64,000 nt of DNA, from assembly GCF_006345805.1 (NCBI RefSeq), contig NC_043000.1:154938001-155002000 (forward strand). The letters run 5' to 3'. This document shows, in pieces, positions 1-15,014 of this stretch (the stretch's first letter is position 1; every line of letters begins with the position of its first letter). The notes beneath the pieces are model-generated. The model did not search any database, was not told the DNA's origin, and worked only from the letters and a program-made list of their open reading frames with translations. The position numbers and the translations under genes are program-made. The stretch is from Octopus sinensis (Eukaryota).

Positions 1-18
1 CAGATGTAGATGTACAAT

Positions 19-330
19 AAACTAGCTAACAACCTGACATGTGGTATTTTGAAAACATTAAACTAAAGACTAGATCGTCGCACATGTGGTAATACTTTTC
101 TGATGTCTAATTAATTTTTTTCCAGTTGTTTGATTTTCTTTTTCATTATTGGAAATTAAAGATGAATTGGTGACACCCGCATTGTTCCCGAGCTCGTTTT
201 TACATAGTATATAGTAAATTAAATATTCACGGTACTTTGACGTATTGGAAAAATCCGAAATTCAGATGGCAGAGGTCGACAATGTAAAAACTTGTGGTAA
301 GTTTGTATGTGTTTCTTATCAGAAACCAAT
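19..330. repeat. Diverged copy 1 of a ~310 bp segmental duplication (partner 2300-2633)
   Basis: Colinear shared blocks, e.g. GGTAATAC(T/C)T(T/C)TCTGATGT, TTATTGGAAA(T/C)TAAAG, AAATATTCACGGTACT(T/C)TGA, AGTTTGTA(T/C)GTGT, AAACCAAT. Confidence 0.85.
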
Positions 331-982
331 TTTCAATGAATATAATTTCTGTAATAGAGGGACAACGTCACTTCATTCCAAGGATCAGAATAAAGATGTA
401 TATTTATTCTGAAGATGGATTAAGAAATTTTGCTGTTCTAGAAATCTACAAAGAACACTTTCGAAAATATGAAACAAAAAGTCTAGATAAAAAAGACAAA
501 ATTGGAAAGCGTCCGTACTTTAGATAAAATTTTTCGGAGTGCAAAACAGATCCCCACCTCTCTGTCTCTTTCTCTTGTTTTTTATGGCTCTTTCAACATA
601 TAGACACAGAATGAGTGAGCGAACGAGAGAAAGAGAGAGAGGGGGAGAGAGAGAGAGAGAGAAAAGAAAGAAAGAGAAATAGATAACTAGATAGGTATCT
701 AAACAGATAGATTATTCGGATCACCTCTCTCCGAGAACTGTTTTTAAAAATATGGCTGCCTTCCCGTTTTATCTTCTTTTTTTATCAAGATATTTTCAGT
801 TTGTGTTCTTTGTAGTTTATTTAGAACAATAGAATTTCTAAATCCATCATGAAAATGTTTATACATCTGTATTCTGATCTTCAGGATGAAGTGATATTGC
901 CTTTTTATTGTAAGCAGAAGCAATGTAATCGATATAGATATTATCGCAATTTGAAGTATACATACGCAATGACCCTAATTCC

Positions 983-1367
<385 letters not shown>

Positions 1368-1714
1368 TGCATTATTATCAGAAAGAGACGGGCAGGAAGT
1401 AATTTGATTGAAGATGTGAATATTTAGATATGAAATCTGATCGTAAACAAAGAGAGCAATTACATAAAAGTATATATTTGTAAAGCTTTTATATAATTCA
1501 TTCGATAAAATATGTACAACATCTAGATGTTGTTTAAAATTTCATGATATTTTACAAATAAAACCACATTAGTTTAAATACAAAATATATAGTATTTGAA
1601 ATATAACATGATTATAAAAAATACATTTTACTGACTGCTCAGGAAGTTTAGGGTGTCTGTCGAAAACGCTACGGTCATGAAAATAAAATTCCCTGAAACT
1701 GGGTTCGGCTATTA

Positions 1715-2588
1715 CTATGCGAAGAAAATATCTAATCACTGTTGCTTATTGGTGGTGTTTCTTTGATTTTGCTAGTGATTGCATTTGACAAACATGTATT
1801 AGCTTACAGGTATTAACTTCGTCTTGTGCTTCATATCACACCATGATAAGTTAGAAGGCATTGATAGTTTAGTTGGTGGGGAGTGGAAATGGTGTCGGTA
1901 TATTTTTCCTTTTACCATCCACAGAGTCCTTTACTCCATCACATTCTGAAGGGTTTTCTTTTTAATGCATGTAAAATGAAATTTTGTTTGATAAATTTCT
2001 CAAATGCCACTGTTGCTTTCTTGATGTTGGACATCATTGCTTTTATAACACTGTGCCCTGGTGCAAACCTCAACGCATATTCGCAACGACCCAGGTGCTG
2101 TAAATGTTTGCATTTCTGTTCCACTGTCAAAGGCTTTCGATTTCTCTTTAAAGTTAGTGTAACAGCAATAAAGTAGTTTATGTATTCCGACATGTAATGG
2201 AAACTCCATTGATTTTTGCTATGCTTTTAAAACCTTCAGATATAAATCATTTTTATGTGTTAACATTATTTTGACAATTTAATGTGACTGACTAAGATCA
2301 AACTAGCAAACCGACCAATACGTGGTACTTTTGATAACAGTAAACCGAAGATGCGATCATCGCACTAATATTGGTAATACCTCTCTGATGTGACGTTTTT
2401 AGATGTTTCCAGTAGGTCGATTTCATTTTTAATTATTGGAAACTAAAGTCGAAATGGTAGCATCAGTATTATTTCTGAGTTCGTTTTACACACTATATGG
2501 TTAATCAAATATTCACGGTACTCTGAAATATTGTCAGAATAATTTAAAATTCAGAATATTATTTTCGGATAATAGAGGTTTGACTGTA
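1715..2588 (-). mobile_element. Decayed, internally deleted pogo/Tigger-like DNA transposon
   Basis: Minus strand starts TA|CAGTCAAACCTCTATTATCCG (2588-2566), a pogo-type TIR. ORF 2193-1939 reads KRNRKPLTVEQKCKHLQHL...HSVIKAMMSNIKK, resembling the CENP-B/pipsqueak HTH. NKQQ*LDIFF near 1750-1720 resembles the Tigger C-terminal QxxLxxFF motif. Confidence 0.65.
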
Positions 2589-2918
2589 TTAAAAATTGCT
2601 TTCAGTTTGTACGTGTGTCTAACTGTAAACCAATCAAAATGCTCTATAATATGTAGCTGTAGAGGGGAAGAAGAAAGTAAGGAAAGAAAAGAGTGTGTGC
2701 GCGAAAGAAAGAAAATGCGTGTACATTATGTCCCTGAGTGGGTTTAGCAGGTGATAAAGAGAATCTCTAACGGAGAGAGAACGCGAGAAGAAAATAATGA
2801 TTGAGGTCAATAAATTACATTCCACTCACAACTCCTCGCACACTGACACACAACCACACTCTATGCATACGTCAACAGAATACACTCCACGCACAAACAC
2901 ACATAGAAAAATCATCTT

Positions 2919-2981
<63 letters not shown>

Positions 2982-4119
2982 AATAAAGATCCATGTAAAG
3001 GTTAACTCAGTAATAAAAAACATGACTTTTTCCTTTTACATCATTGTCAATTTTTTTCTTTTATCACTTGCTTAAAAATGTAGCATTTATCATAGTCTTT
3101 TCTCTCCGTATTTCATCTTCGAGAGTGAGTGACACTGTGCAACAAAAACAGAGAATTGTGTGCGAAAGAGAAAAAGACAGTGTGGGAGAATTAAAAACGG
3201 AAAGAAGGGTAAAACAAGTGCGAGTACTTTTCCCTCTGCTTTAATTCATTCACACTCTGACCATATACATAAATCTAAATAAATATATTCTACTTGCATA
3301 TATGATTAATTTTCATCTTGAAACAAGTAAAAAGCTTTTTTCATATTAATTTCCTCATCTCACTCGCGATAAATTTTATAAGTTATAGTTTCTTGGAGCC
3401 ACTAACTTTTAGCTATAACAGTTTGTTCTCTGTGCACCATTATTAGTAATATGAAAATTGCTTTGTTATTTATTGATAATATCAAAAGTTTTATTATAAA
3501 ATGGATCAAACAGTATTCACCCATCAAACATGTTGCGTAAAATGTTGTCAAATACATCCGATCTGTTGTTTTTAAATAACTCTCACCACATAACATTATC
3601 TGAATTGCGAAGAACTGAAATTTTAACAAATTTTGCGGAAGGACGATATTTGGAGATGATGATAAAAAGTGTTTAACATATTTGATTTGACGAAAACATA
3701 TGTTACTTATTACAGTCAGATGTAATTTCTAAAATGTCTATATAAAATTACTTTTAACTTAGAAAGACCAAGTGATTATTCAAAATTAATGACTTAAGTC
3801 ATGAAATTCACTAAAAGTACTGTGGGTTAAAGAAGGTGAAAATGTAATTTATATAATAAAACAAAAGAGTTGTTAAAATTAGCAGGAATATTTTCAATAA
3901 TTAAATGAAATAGGAGGACAATTATTGATCACGAAAACTCAATAGTGACCAGAAACCAATTCTTTATTTGCTTATATAATTTCTTAAGTTTATATTTCCA
4001 CACATTTAGTAAAAATAAATTTTTCTACGCAATTTAGAATTCCACCCCTTTCAAAATGGAAATATCAATGAAAGTAGGCAGGCTTAATTTTAAACGAAGG
4101 TATTAATCATAAAATATAG

Positions 4120-4164
<45 letters not shown>

Positions 4165-4356
4165 AACACAAACTTGCCACCAGTCCCTCATAAAAAGGGA
4201 CATGTCTCTCATGTGAGTTCACCGCGTTTGCCTTTCTGGTCTATGTTGTTGGAGAGAAAATGGCCACTCCGAGGTGCATGCATCTAGCAATCTGGTCGGG
4301 GTGACAGTGAATGGCTTTCGTACAGATGCCTCAGGCATATTCGGAGTATGTCACCC

Positions 4357-4390
<34 letters not shown>

Positions 4391-5966
4391 TGTGTGTGTG
4401 TGTGTGTGTATGTGTGTGTGTGTACCGTATCAAGTGAAATGGAATGCGTATTGAACCCAAGTACATGATAGAGGTAATCGTCATGTGCACTTGTGAAATT
4501 CTGTATATTTCACAAATTACACGATGTAAACTTTAGTCATTACCGTTTTGCACAATACCTGGTATTTCGCGCTTTTTCCATGCGGGTTGTACGGGTTTTG
4601 TTAAAATCAGTCCATTTCTGAATTATTTTCTGAAGTTTTATTGGTCTGTTTTGTTTCCCATAAAACCTTTCGAAAATAATATTGAATAAACTTTCTTTAC
4701 TACATCTGTTGGTAGAAAAATGTATCTTTTCTATTAATATCCATATTTGCAGTAAAACATTTTTCTATGTACAACCCTGAATTAATTTACAACACATAAG
4801 CTTTGCTTCATGAATATGATGTAAAAGTGATGTAAAATTTTATTTTATTGATTGATTGTATCAATGTAAATAGAGAAACAAATAGAAAGTATGTGCGATA
4901 AGTTTCTAAAGAGTAAAACGCCAGAAGGTAATAAAGAATTGACGAAGGGAGAATAATTTAAAGAAAAAGATAAAGAATTGACGAAGGGAGAATAAGTTAA
5001 AGAAAAGATAGCTTTGAGAATAAAGAAATATGACAGGGTGGAGAGGGTAGATATAAAAAATTGTTAAAAGAAATGCGACAGCGAAAAAGAAAGACATTTG
5101 TTGTAAGTTTATTCTATTTCGTTTTATATACTAGAGACCACAGACGGACAAAAGCAAGTGACTTCATTACATTTGTAACCAATCAAAACTTGAGCCGTTA
5201 CCATAAAACCTATATACACAAAGCAATTTCAGCTTAAGCAGATCAAGCTCTCCCCAGTAAAACCAGCGTCGAAGGATCCTCCTTCATGTACTTACGACAG
5301 AAATTGTGAAAAAAAATTTTCATTCTTTCTTTTCTATTCTTTTACTCTTTTGAAAACTTCATATGTGACTGTTATGAATTCATCGAACATTTGAACTTGT
5401 ATTACTGTCTATCTCCGAGAAAATCATTGAAATATTGGAATTTGTATGAAAATTTGATGTTTTAGGGATGTTCCTAATTTTCCCTTGTACATTCTATGTC
5501 TCATGAACTTTTTTTATTTAAAATTGGTAAACGAAAGCCAAAAATGCCGAAATCGGTTTGGCATTTTAATAAATTTGTTACAAAGGTTAAAAACTACAAT
5601 ACGTTTTAAAATTCAGGTTCATTATCAACCAAACCAGTTTCCGATACGTACGTACACACACACATACACATACATATGTATATGTGTGTGTGTATTTATA
5701 TCTTTGTCTTTTTACATGTTTTAGTCATTAGACTGTGGCCATGTTGGGGCACTGCCTTGGGAGATTTAGTCGAACAAATCGATCCCAGTATTTACTTTTA
5801 AGGCCTTGTACTTATTCTGTCGGTGTATTTTTACCCAATTACTAAGTTAAGGGAGTATAAAGAAACCAACACCGATTGCCAAGTGTAGGTGAAGTGAAAC
5901 ACAAACCCAGAGGCATACACACATAGACATTAATACGTACAAACTTGCATACTAAACACATACATA

Positions 5967-6013
<47 letters not shown>

Positions 6014-6015
6014 AT

Positions 6016-6063
<48 letters not shown>

Positions 6064-6102
6064 CAGACAAACATACATAATACATACACACACACATATA
6101 TA

Positions 6103-6255
6103 TCAGCCGAAATTGCAAAGATAATCTGGAACTCGACTGAGGATAGAAAACTCCGAATGACCCGTCCTTGTTTTCTTTGTATCGTCTATCTGGATGTTTT
6201 GTTGTCCCTTTCTTGTATAACCTGTCTGGATGTTTTGCGTTCCTGTCCCATTATG
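6103..6255 (+). mobile_element. Possible Penelope-like terminal-repeat fragment with a degenerate hammerhead-like motif
   Basis: Short insert between TA/CA tracts containing CTGAGGA...CCGAAT...GTC followed by a T-rich tandem segment; the core is imperfect. Confidence 0.3.
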
Positions 6256-8679
6256 TATTTATATATATATGTGTATACATATATATGTGTAAGTGTATAC
6301 ATATATATGTACGTATGTATATGAATGCATGCATGTATGTGTGTATGTATGCCAATGTATGGAGGATGTGTATGTGTATGAGGCTGTAAGTATTTATGAG
6401 TATGTGTGAATATTTATACATACATACGAAAACGCATGAACACAAAAAATAAACTTTTGCGGGACATTAATACAACTTGAATATTAATGCCATTTGAATA
6501 TTCTATTAAGGCGTGAAATAAGAATCGCCATTAATTTTCTCCACATACAGAGCAGGTATTAGACACACACACACATATATATATGTATTAAAAAAGAAAT
6601 TACCTGGAGAATTCATAACCTCTTACTATAATATTCATATTCGCATTTTAGTTTTTATAATATGAAGTTTATGCTTTCTTATTCATTTACGTTCCACACT
6701 CCCGAGTAGTTTCGTTTTCATTAAATTTTCTGGTTTTTATTATAATTATATAGAGCAAAGTCCTCATGGTTATTTCTATCGAGATCCTACCTACTGAAGG
6801 AAGTAATTATTTGTCGCCTTTTAAAAAGAAGATGGATTTTTCAACTTATGATTAAAAAATTATGGCTGCAGGATATTGGAATGGAGGCCGAAAAAAATTA
6901 ACCATTTCCTTTACCACTATGCATAGAAAAGTGTATTGGAATCATGAAAGTCACCATCTTAAAAAACAGAAGTACTCACTGATGCAAAGTCTATATTGCT
7001 AGATTTTTCAACAGAAGCAAACATTTATAAAGAACGAAATCGATAAGAAATCCTCTACGTTGTCACACGACCTGCTACAAATAGCAACCAAAGCTAGAAT
7101 GCTTTTCGTCATTGGTCTGTTCAAAAACCTCGTGCTACAGAAGAACAGAGTACATACAAACGGTTACGTCTTAATATGCTGATGATTTAGCAAGGAGTTT
7201 ACTTGAATGTAACCTGATGCCATGTAAAGAGTATAATCCACTTTTATACTTCCGTGTTTTAAAATGAATCGTAGAAGTACTGAAAGAAACATCTCCCAGC
7301 TGTGTGGCGTTGGATGCCCGATAAAACAAAGGGTAAAATAATCTGTTTGAACTCCCCTAAAGCAGTTATCTGAATTGCTTATTTACCAAAGCTTCGTCGT
7401 CTTATCGAACTTAGTTTCACATTTTTGATTACATAGTTTTGCTTGTACTCACAATCTAATATTTTTAACGTCTGCAATTTGTCTTTATCCCACAAGAAAG
7501 AGATTATATTTCTTTGAGATATTTCTGCATCAAGTTCGTTCCATTTTCTTTCCTCCAACTAATTTCAATATTTTATTTTCTCAGGTTTTAATTGTTGTGG
7601 AAAAAGGTTGATTTTTTTAATGCAGATATTTTAAAAATAATCTGATGTCTTTGTTTTCGTCTTTGTGTATATAAATTCCTAATTAATGGTCTTCACTATG
7701 AATAAGATTATGAATTATCTAATTATATAACCTATTTTATACTAAAAAATCAATAAAGGATGTTTAATTAAAGGAATAGAAACGAGTATTATTTTATTCT
7801 ATTTAGATATGAAGGACACCTGTTTAATTGTATAAAATACTACATCAATATTGATTTCTTTTGACTAGGCTAAAGACCTTACAATTTTGTTTTATATCCA
7901 TAACTATCGGAACAAAAAAGAAGTAAGCTTAGAAAACGCAAACATCTAAAAAATTATATTCAGCTATATGTAAATTATATTCGTATCGATAGTGAAATTA
8001 ATTGGGTAAAAATCTAAACACATTTATCTGACATTATATGAATATAACAGGAAGAAGAAAATCCTGAAAACAAATTTAAATTCAAATATCCAGGAGAGGA
8101 ATGTCAAGCTTCTTTTGTACGTCTTGAGCAAAATACTTAAAGATATTTTCTATGCAGTCGTTGTGGTACGAGACTAATTGTTATTATCGCATCGTAATTC
8201 CATTAGTAAGATCACGAGAAGTATACGGATGCAATCTCGATAGGGTATTTTTAGCGTTAGTATCAAGCAAATATATGAATGTTGCATTAATAAGTTCAAT
8301 TTGGTATTTTAGTATCTTACGTATTTTGGAGGTTTTCGTCAACTTCGCGATAAGAAGTCAGAATGAATAAGATGGATGTACAATGCATAGAGAACTGTCA
8401 AATGTAATCGTGATAACCATGATAACAAGGAATGCATGTTATTACAAATCCTATTGTAATTAATTTTCGGCAGTATATGAGCCTCTCAAGTGAGATATAG
8501 ATGACATATGCAAGTGACCAAAAGTTAATAGTTAATCCTTCAGCATAAAGTTCTCGTTATATTGTCATACATGTCGCCAACACATCGCATTAACTTCGAA
8601 CGAAGTTAGACTACGGGATATCTCTTAAAACCCGTAGGTGAGAATGTTACTAGCTTCTCCAAGCTTGAAATGAGCCAAG

Positions 8680-8916
8680 TCATCTTATTAAAAAGTAGTC
8701 TTTATGTTGCTACATGAGAAACTGGATGATGGTACATCAATAAAAAGTATTGCAGATTTCTTTTTCAATCAAGTTAACAAACATTTTTCAAGTTTCAATC
8801 ACAGTAGAGCGCGCGCGCGCGTGTGTGTGTGTGTGGGGGGTGTTCGGTATATATTAATGAATATATGTACAGTTTGTATATATATTAATGCTGATATATA
8901 CCTTGTTTTTGTAATG

Positions 8917-8954
<38 letters not shown>

Positions 8955-9029
8955 GCAAGTACATGTGTGTATGTCTGTATTTATCTATCTCTCTATCTGC
9001 CTACCCACCTCGTTCTCTCTCTCTTTCTT

Positions 9030-9063
<34 letters not shown>

Positions 9064-9653
9064 ATATATGAGTGTGTGTGTGTGAGAGAGAGAGAGAATC
9101 AATTTATTTCTGCACGCACGCACGCATCCTTCCAACCTATTTCAAAACATAGCGACGTTAGAAAGGCAACGTAAATAAGTGATACAGTTTTTGCGTGGTG
9201 GATAACTTTTTGTAGTTCTTAAAGCATGCTCACTTCTTGATGTAAAGATATAAATGATAGGAACAACTCTCCATGTAGAAGAGGTAACAATTATATAACA
9301 AAGAAACCAGCTTTCAATGTTCTTTCTCCAAAACGTGCATCTATGAAGAATTTACATCACCACAAGAATCACACGGTTTCAAAAAGTGTGTTTATTTTTT
9401 GACGTATATACAGAAATAATTCAACAGATGAAACAATTCTACAGATAAAACAGTAACCAAATATGTTTCAAAGATGTTCTCACCTAAGTTTGCATTTCTA
9501 GTGGACTTTACATTATTTCAAGAATAAAACTTTCTGGAAAAATACAATTTAATCAAAATATACAATTTCAAAAGAGATTTCATGGTTCTCTTTAAACTTC
9601 AATTACCTTATTGTTTTCGAAATAACGAAACATTTTCACAAATGTCACTAGCT

Positions 9654-9718
<65 letters not shown>

Positions 9719-10093
9719 GACAATATCATGGTATCAACTAGACTACTGGATGTTGTTATAGACCACTGGTCATAATGTGATTTCCCACATTGTTGTAACT
9801 TTCGAATGATGCTTCCCCATTGACTAGGCTGGTAGGCTAACTTTTCCCCTGAACAGAACGCCTATCCATCGCTGTGTTCCCTATTTACAGCTGAGTGGAC
9901 TCAGAACACAACCCACTGGCAATCGAAACCATGAAATTGTGTACAACATCATAACCATTATGCCATGCACCTTCCCAGTATAAATAAATAGTTTTGGAAA
10001 ATAATAATTCCTGCATTAAAATAACTATATATATTTTATATATACTTTCACTGGGCGTACATCCATGTTACTGACAGAAATGAATAATATTAA

Positions 10094-10142
<49 letters not shown>

Positions 10143-10990
10143 CACTCCTGCCTTAGCACGAGAACGTTAATTTCCAAAGCACCGAGTGTCTACCGATAAC
10201 AGAAGAAAGATAACTGACAATATTCAATCGGTCTTTCGATGTGAAGCATCTGGATACTTGAAAATACTCAAACTTTAGAATAAAATATTGGCTATTAAAT
10301 TCATTTAGGAGCTATAATAGTATTTATGATAGGAATTTTATGGGAAAATGTAGTGTTGTGGGGACAGGAGTAAACGTCAATGATAGTGCAGAAGCCAGTT
10401 ATTTCATTGTATTGAAAAGTATTATTGAAGCTTATAGGCATATTGATGAGCTAAAGTATTTATTTTGGAAATGAATACTTAAAAATATCTTTCTTGCCAG
10501 ATAAAGAAACAATACTACTTGCGGTTACGATTGTCTTAACAGAAACCATTCAATTTTGCTTATATCTGGGAACGAGTAAAATGGCCGACGATAATGTCAG
10601 AGAAATGCATGTCTAACACGTAGAACTCAATGTCGAAGACCATTTAAATACATGGCAGCGAAGTGCACAGGATGAGGATGATCACCAAGGCGGAACAGAT
10701 GAATGTGAAATACAAGCAAAAGAATTCTCAATTAAGAACTCGATGCTATTTTTAGAACTGTTAGAAGTTGGAAAGCACATGACAACTGATGCAGATCTAA
10801 ATGGAGTGAGAGACAGATAGATAGAAAGATAGATAGACAGATAGACAGAGAGAAAGAGAGAGAGAGACAGAGCGATGGAAGAGAGGGAAAGAGAGTTATG
10901 CAAGCCAGAAGACAAATTGAAAATGCACTCAACTGCTATAGGGTCATGTACAAAGAGAACAAATAAAATCGAAACTAGCAACCTTTTTAC
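8680..10990 (+). mobile_element. Fragmented Tigger-like transposase relic interrupted by microsatellites and a SINE
   Basis: ~8704 LHEKLDDGTSIKSIADFF (HTH-like, weak). ~10410-10500 LKSIIE...DELKYLFWK*ILKNIFLAR (cf. DETGLFWK..P.RTFI). 10581-10810 DDNVREM..H.ELNVED...KEFSIK...DADLNGVR and ~10920 ENALNCYRVMYKENK resemble the Tigger1 C-terminus. Many stops. Confidence 0.6.
9730..9975 (-). mobile_element. Old SINE: CORE-like head H2 with tail T3
   Basis: Minus strand has GTTGTGTTCTGAGTCCACTCAGCTG, then a degenerate match to the tail of the 47752-48037 copy (TTCGAAAGTTACAACAATG...CATTATGACCAG). Confidence 0.65.
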
Positions 10991-12051
10991 ATTTAAAAAA
11001 AGTTCAAAACAATAAAAACAAATATCTTTTTTTTAAATATGCTGATTCAAGTCAATAAAGTTGTAAAAGATAAAATTGCATCCGATTAATATATTTTCCG
11101 TTTTTTTTTGCATCGATTTTCATACGGTTTTTCCGTAAAGTGTTTTGAAAAATTAAAAATTTTTCTTTTTCAAAGTCAATCGACTATTTTAAATGTATTT
11201 ATATATTCGAATACTGTGCTCTTCTCGCGATATGCATTACCCGCAATAATGGGAGCTTTCCGGTATATAAAAATAACTATGTAAAAGTTCATATATATAT
11301 ATATATATATATATACTACACACATGCCCATTTTATTTTATTTCATTGATGTGAAATTTGAATCTTTTATATTATGTTTAATACTTTATAAATTGTTATA
11401 TGAAGAAACATTTATGCTACATCTGCCAAATATTCCTGAAAGTAATGTTCTTATAACCCCGACCTGCTTCTCAATTTAATTAATAATCTTTGATTCGGAA
11501 GGTTGAGCAATTCTAAGTGTATATGTTTTACACATAGATTGAATTTCAGTTTTCTCGATTTTCGATGAGATATACACAAACAAGTAACGCTTTCATTCTC
11601 ATAGAGATTACGTTGTATTTACACATCCTGATAGATTTTATATATACATTCTATTATCATTTTATATATGCATTGAATTTTATTTATAAATTCTACTGAA
11701 AATATGAATAGCATGTCCGGGAAAAGGATATTAAAATATTTGCTTCAATTTCCATGTGACGTTCCGTTATTTTTAGATATTTATTTCAAATATTTGGCAC
11801 TCGAGAAAATATTCTCGTTAACCTTTGAAATCTTCATTATGATTTTCAGTCAAGTTACACACACACACACACACACACATACACACACACACATACACAC
11901 ACACACACGCACACACACACACACACACTCGCACACATACATGTACAATTGCCTGTGGTACAACATGTTGACGAAACTTCAATTTGTGAATGTGAATAAT
12001 GTATAATATTCAGAGAGAGAGAGAGAGAGAAAGCGAGAGAGAGAGAGAGAG

Positions 12052-12098
<47 letters not shown>

Positions 12099-12102
12099 AT
12101 AT

Positions 12103-12216
<114 letters not shown>

Positions 12217-13178
12217 AGAGAGAGAGAAATCTGTAATTTCGCTCCAAAGATCTTCCATATGGATTTCTTTACAGAAATGAAGAAACAAAAGCATTAATAA
12301 AATATATTTGAACAAAATTGACTTGAACTAGTACCAGTAAGCTGTCCTTTTTATAATTCAAATCTGTATTTTCTTACTATAAAAGTTACAACACTCCCCT
12401 GAATAAACATTAATCTAGGTTAATTTAAACATTTCAAAAATTGCTACATAAAAGATATCTATTGGTAGTTTCTAGTAGATGTGATAGGTATATTCATCTT
12501 CATTAAGCAGAGTCAAAGCGAATGTTTTGCCTAACTACGAATCCTTAAATTTATCGACTTCTCTATCATACCATTTCGTTAGCTTAAAATGTACACACTA
12601 CATACACATGTACATATGTATATGTATTGGAAAGACACATGGTCTAAAGGTTAAGATTTCAAGCTCATTATCATAAGGTCGTTGTTTTTTTTCCTGAACT
12701 GGGCAACGCATGGAATTCTTAAGCAAGGCACTTCATTTTCCACTTCTTTTACCTCCTCAGCCTAAATGAGTATCTTCCGTGTACGGCTGTAAGCTCCACT
12801 CTTACTGAAGCTGTCCTATTCTCAATTTCCCACAAGTTAGTGTGCACATGCTTTACACCAGTCATACTCGATTATGAGTGATGTGAAGTGGGCATTAGAT
12901 ATGACTACATCGATGTTCCGGGCCTAAGTGTTCTGATGGCAATGCCAGTTACGACACCGGTGTTAAGTATATTATTAGTCTTCGTCTTTGATTCCACGTG
13001 AATGTGAAGAGAGGAGACATGCTTTTATGGATAGCTATTGACCCCGATTAGAAAAAGAACAAAAATAACTGACACAATCCTGATTTTACATGATACACGG
13101 AGACCTGAATATATATATATATATGTATATACATGCACACATACATAGATACGAATATATACATTGCACGCGCGCACG

Positions 13179-13209
<31 letters not shown>

Positions 13210-13230
13210 TTATAAAGTATTCGTATGTTG

Positions 13231-13274
<44 letters not shown>

Positions 13275-13289
13275 AAGTTAATCCAAACA

Positions 13290-13460
13290 TGAAAACACAA
13301 ATAGAAAACACAACAACGCGAGGACGTGGAACAAATATAGTATTACTGGACGCTCAGGAAGGAAGGGAAGAAAGAGGGTTTAACGTTTCGAGCGGAGCTC
13401 TTTGTCGGAAACATAGGAGAAAGAAAGATCCAGAGAAGGGAAGACAGAGGAAAAAGAATG
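13290..13460 (-). mobile_element. Penelope-like terminal-repeat fragment (paralog at 16380-16585), decayed hammerhead
   Basis: Shares CAACAACGCGAGGACGTGG and flanks with the 16.4 kb copy. Minus strand TTT-CCGACAA-A-GAGC-TCC-GCTC-GAAACGTTA-AA. Set in (TA)n. Confidence 0.65.
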
Positions 13461-13502
13461 TATATGTATATATATATTTGTATTTTTGTGCTTTCTGAGT
13501 AT

Positions 13503-13561
13503 ATTCCACTGATGAAGGCAGAGCATTTCTTATACAGAGCCAGAAATCCGGGATCTGGAAT
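13503..13561 (+). ncRNA. Candidate minimal type I hammerhead ribozyme
   Basis: ATTCCA-CTGATGA-AGGC...GCCA-GAAA-TCCGGG-ATC-TGGAAT. Perfect 6-bp stem I, intact CUGAUGA and GAAA boxes, AUC triplet. A-A mismatch at the base of a weak stem II. Confidence 0.6.
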
Positions 13562-13706
13562 TATCCAGTATTTTTTTTGCTAACTTATTTTGTCTCTTTG
13601 TCTTCTCTCTTGGTGCTGTATGAACATTTAACGTCGTTTTAGAATCAAGTTTTGGCTGCTATTTCCAGCGTGGTAGTATCTCTTAGATACCCTAAATTAT
13701 AATTTT

Positions 13707-13746
<40 letters not shown>

Positions 13747-14360
13747 ATAATAGAAATATAATCGTAGAACATCACACTCATTTGATTATTTCGACGAAAT
13801 TTATTGCTGTTATATATATAGACAATCAATTTTGAAACCAAATCCAATTATTATCACAGTGCAACATTATTATATTTTCATGTCACCAAGCAATATTCGA
13901 TTATTAACCGAATGAACTTTTATTGACTATGATACTTCTATTTTCGGCAAATATTTTGATATGCTGTAAATTCATCTCTTATTATTACTATGAAAGATTG
14001 AATTGTTAGATTAGCTTGCTAGAATAGCGACCACACCATATGTTACACGGTATCTGATGATTCAACTGGGGAACCTGTACGGGGTTCTTTAACTTACCAC
14101 TTATAGCCGCCAAATAGTCCTAAAATCACATATTTTCTCAAATAAGGAAAAGACGCATTAGTCTTATAAACTGAGGGAATGTCTACGACTCGAGTGGCTT
14201 TGATCCTATGTCTTCCTGGACATTTTTTGATCTGGCGCAAAACAATATCAAATGATATGTCGACACAGGTTTAATGCTGACCAAGCTAAATCTATCGTCA
14301 AAGGTATTCGAGTCATAATTATCCCCTTTCAAGAGAAAGCAGAGCAACATTATCTAATGC

Positions 14361-14580
14361 AGTGGTTCTCAATTGTCTTTTTCTATAGGGACCTTTGCTT
14401 CCTGTTTCACTCGGATGGACCCCTATAGCCATTCAATATTTAAAACAATCCTATTATATTTTTTATAATTAAATATTAAGAATTATATCAAAAAATTATC
14501 AAAATATTTAGTGTATTGTAGAAGTATAATCGATTTATTACACATAATTGTTAACATCTAAACCTTATAAAACCCCTCAA
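14361..14580. mobile_element. hAT/Charlie-like MITE fragment (related to 37931-38360)
   Basis: Starts CAGTGGTTCTCAA; shares GATGGACC and the AT-rich body with the 37.9-38.4 kb copy. Confidence 0.55.
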
Positions 14581-14734
14581 AGAAGGTAGGTTATTCAGTG
14601 AGCTGATTCATACCCCGAATTGCATTTTAAATGACATTACGAGGCATTCAGAAAGCAATGATCTTATTTGTCTATTTATTTAAGCAAGATTGTACCAAAT
14701 AGTTAACCCGACTATCTCATCACCAAAATGGTTC

Positions 14735-15014
14735 CTTCTCAAGCCATGCCTGGCTCATAAGGGCCGGTTTCCCGGATTCCTTGGCGTATAGGTTCCCCAC
14801 CTGGCCGGGACGCCGGTCCATCGTAGGTGAACTACAAGATGCAGGAAAAAGAGCAAGAGAAAGTTGTGGCGAAAGAGTCAGCAGAAGTTCGCCATTACGT
14901 TCTGCTGGAGTCGCGTGGAGCGTAGGTGTTCGCATATCGCCCAATCTGAGATTCGAAACCGCGATCCTTTGACCGCGGGTCCGCTGCTCTAAACACTAGG
15001 CCATGGGCCTCCAC
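14735..15014 (-). mobile_element. tRNA-derived SINE, head H1 + tail T1
   Basis: A box TGGCCTAGTG and B-like GGTTTCGAATC on the minus strand; 14-bp TSD CACCAAAATGGTTC at 14721-14734 and 15012-15025. Confidence 0.93.

Noticed and set aside
294-527. 77-aa ORF
   Set aside because: GTG start, no recognisable homology, overlaps the duplicated non-coding flank.
1626-1690. CTGACTG...CGAAAAC...GTCA hammerhead-like arrangement
   Set aside because: First box is not CUGANGA or a compensated variant, and stem II is unconvincing.
4548-5135. Possible old Helitron-like element containing a 39-bp tandem duplication (4930-5010)
   Set aside because: Terminal CTAG and hairpin are too degraded to call.
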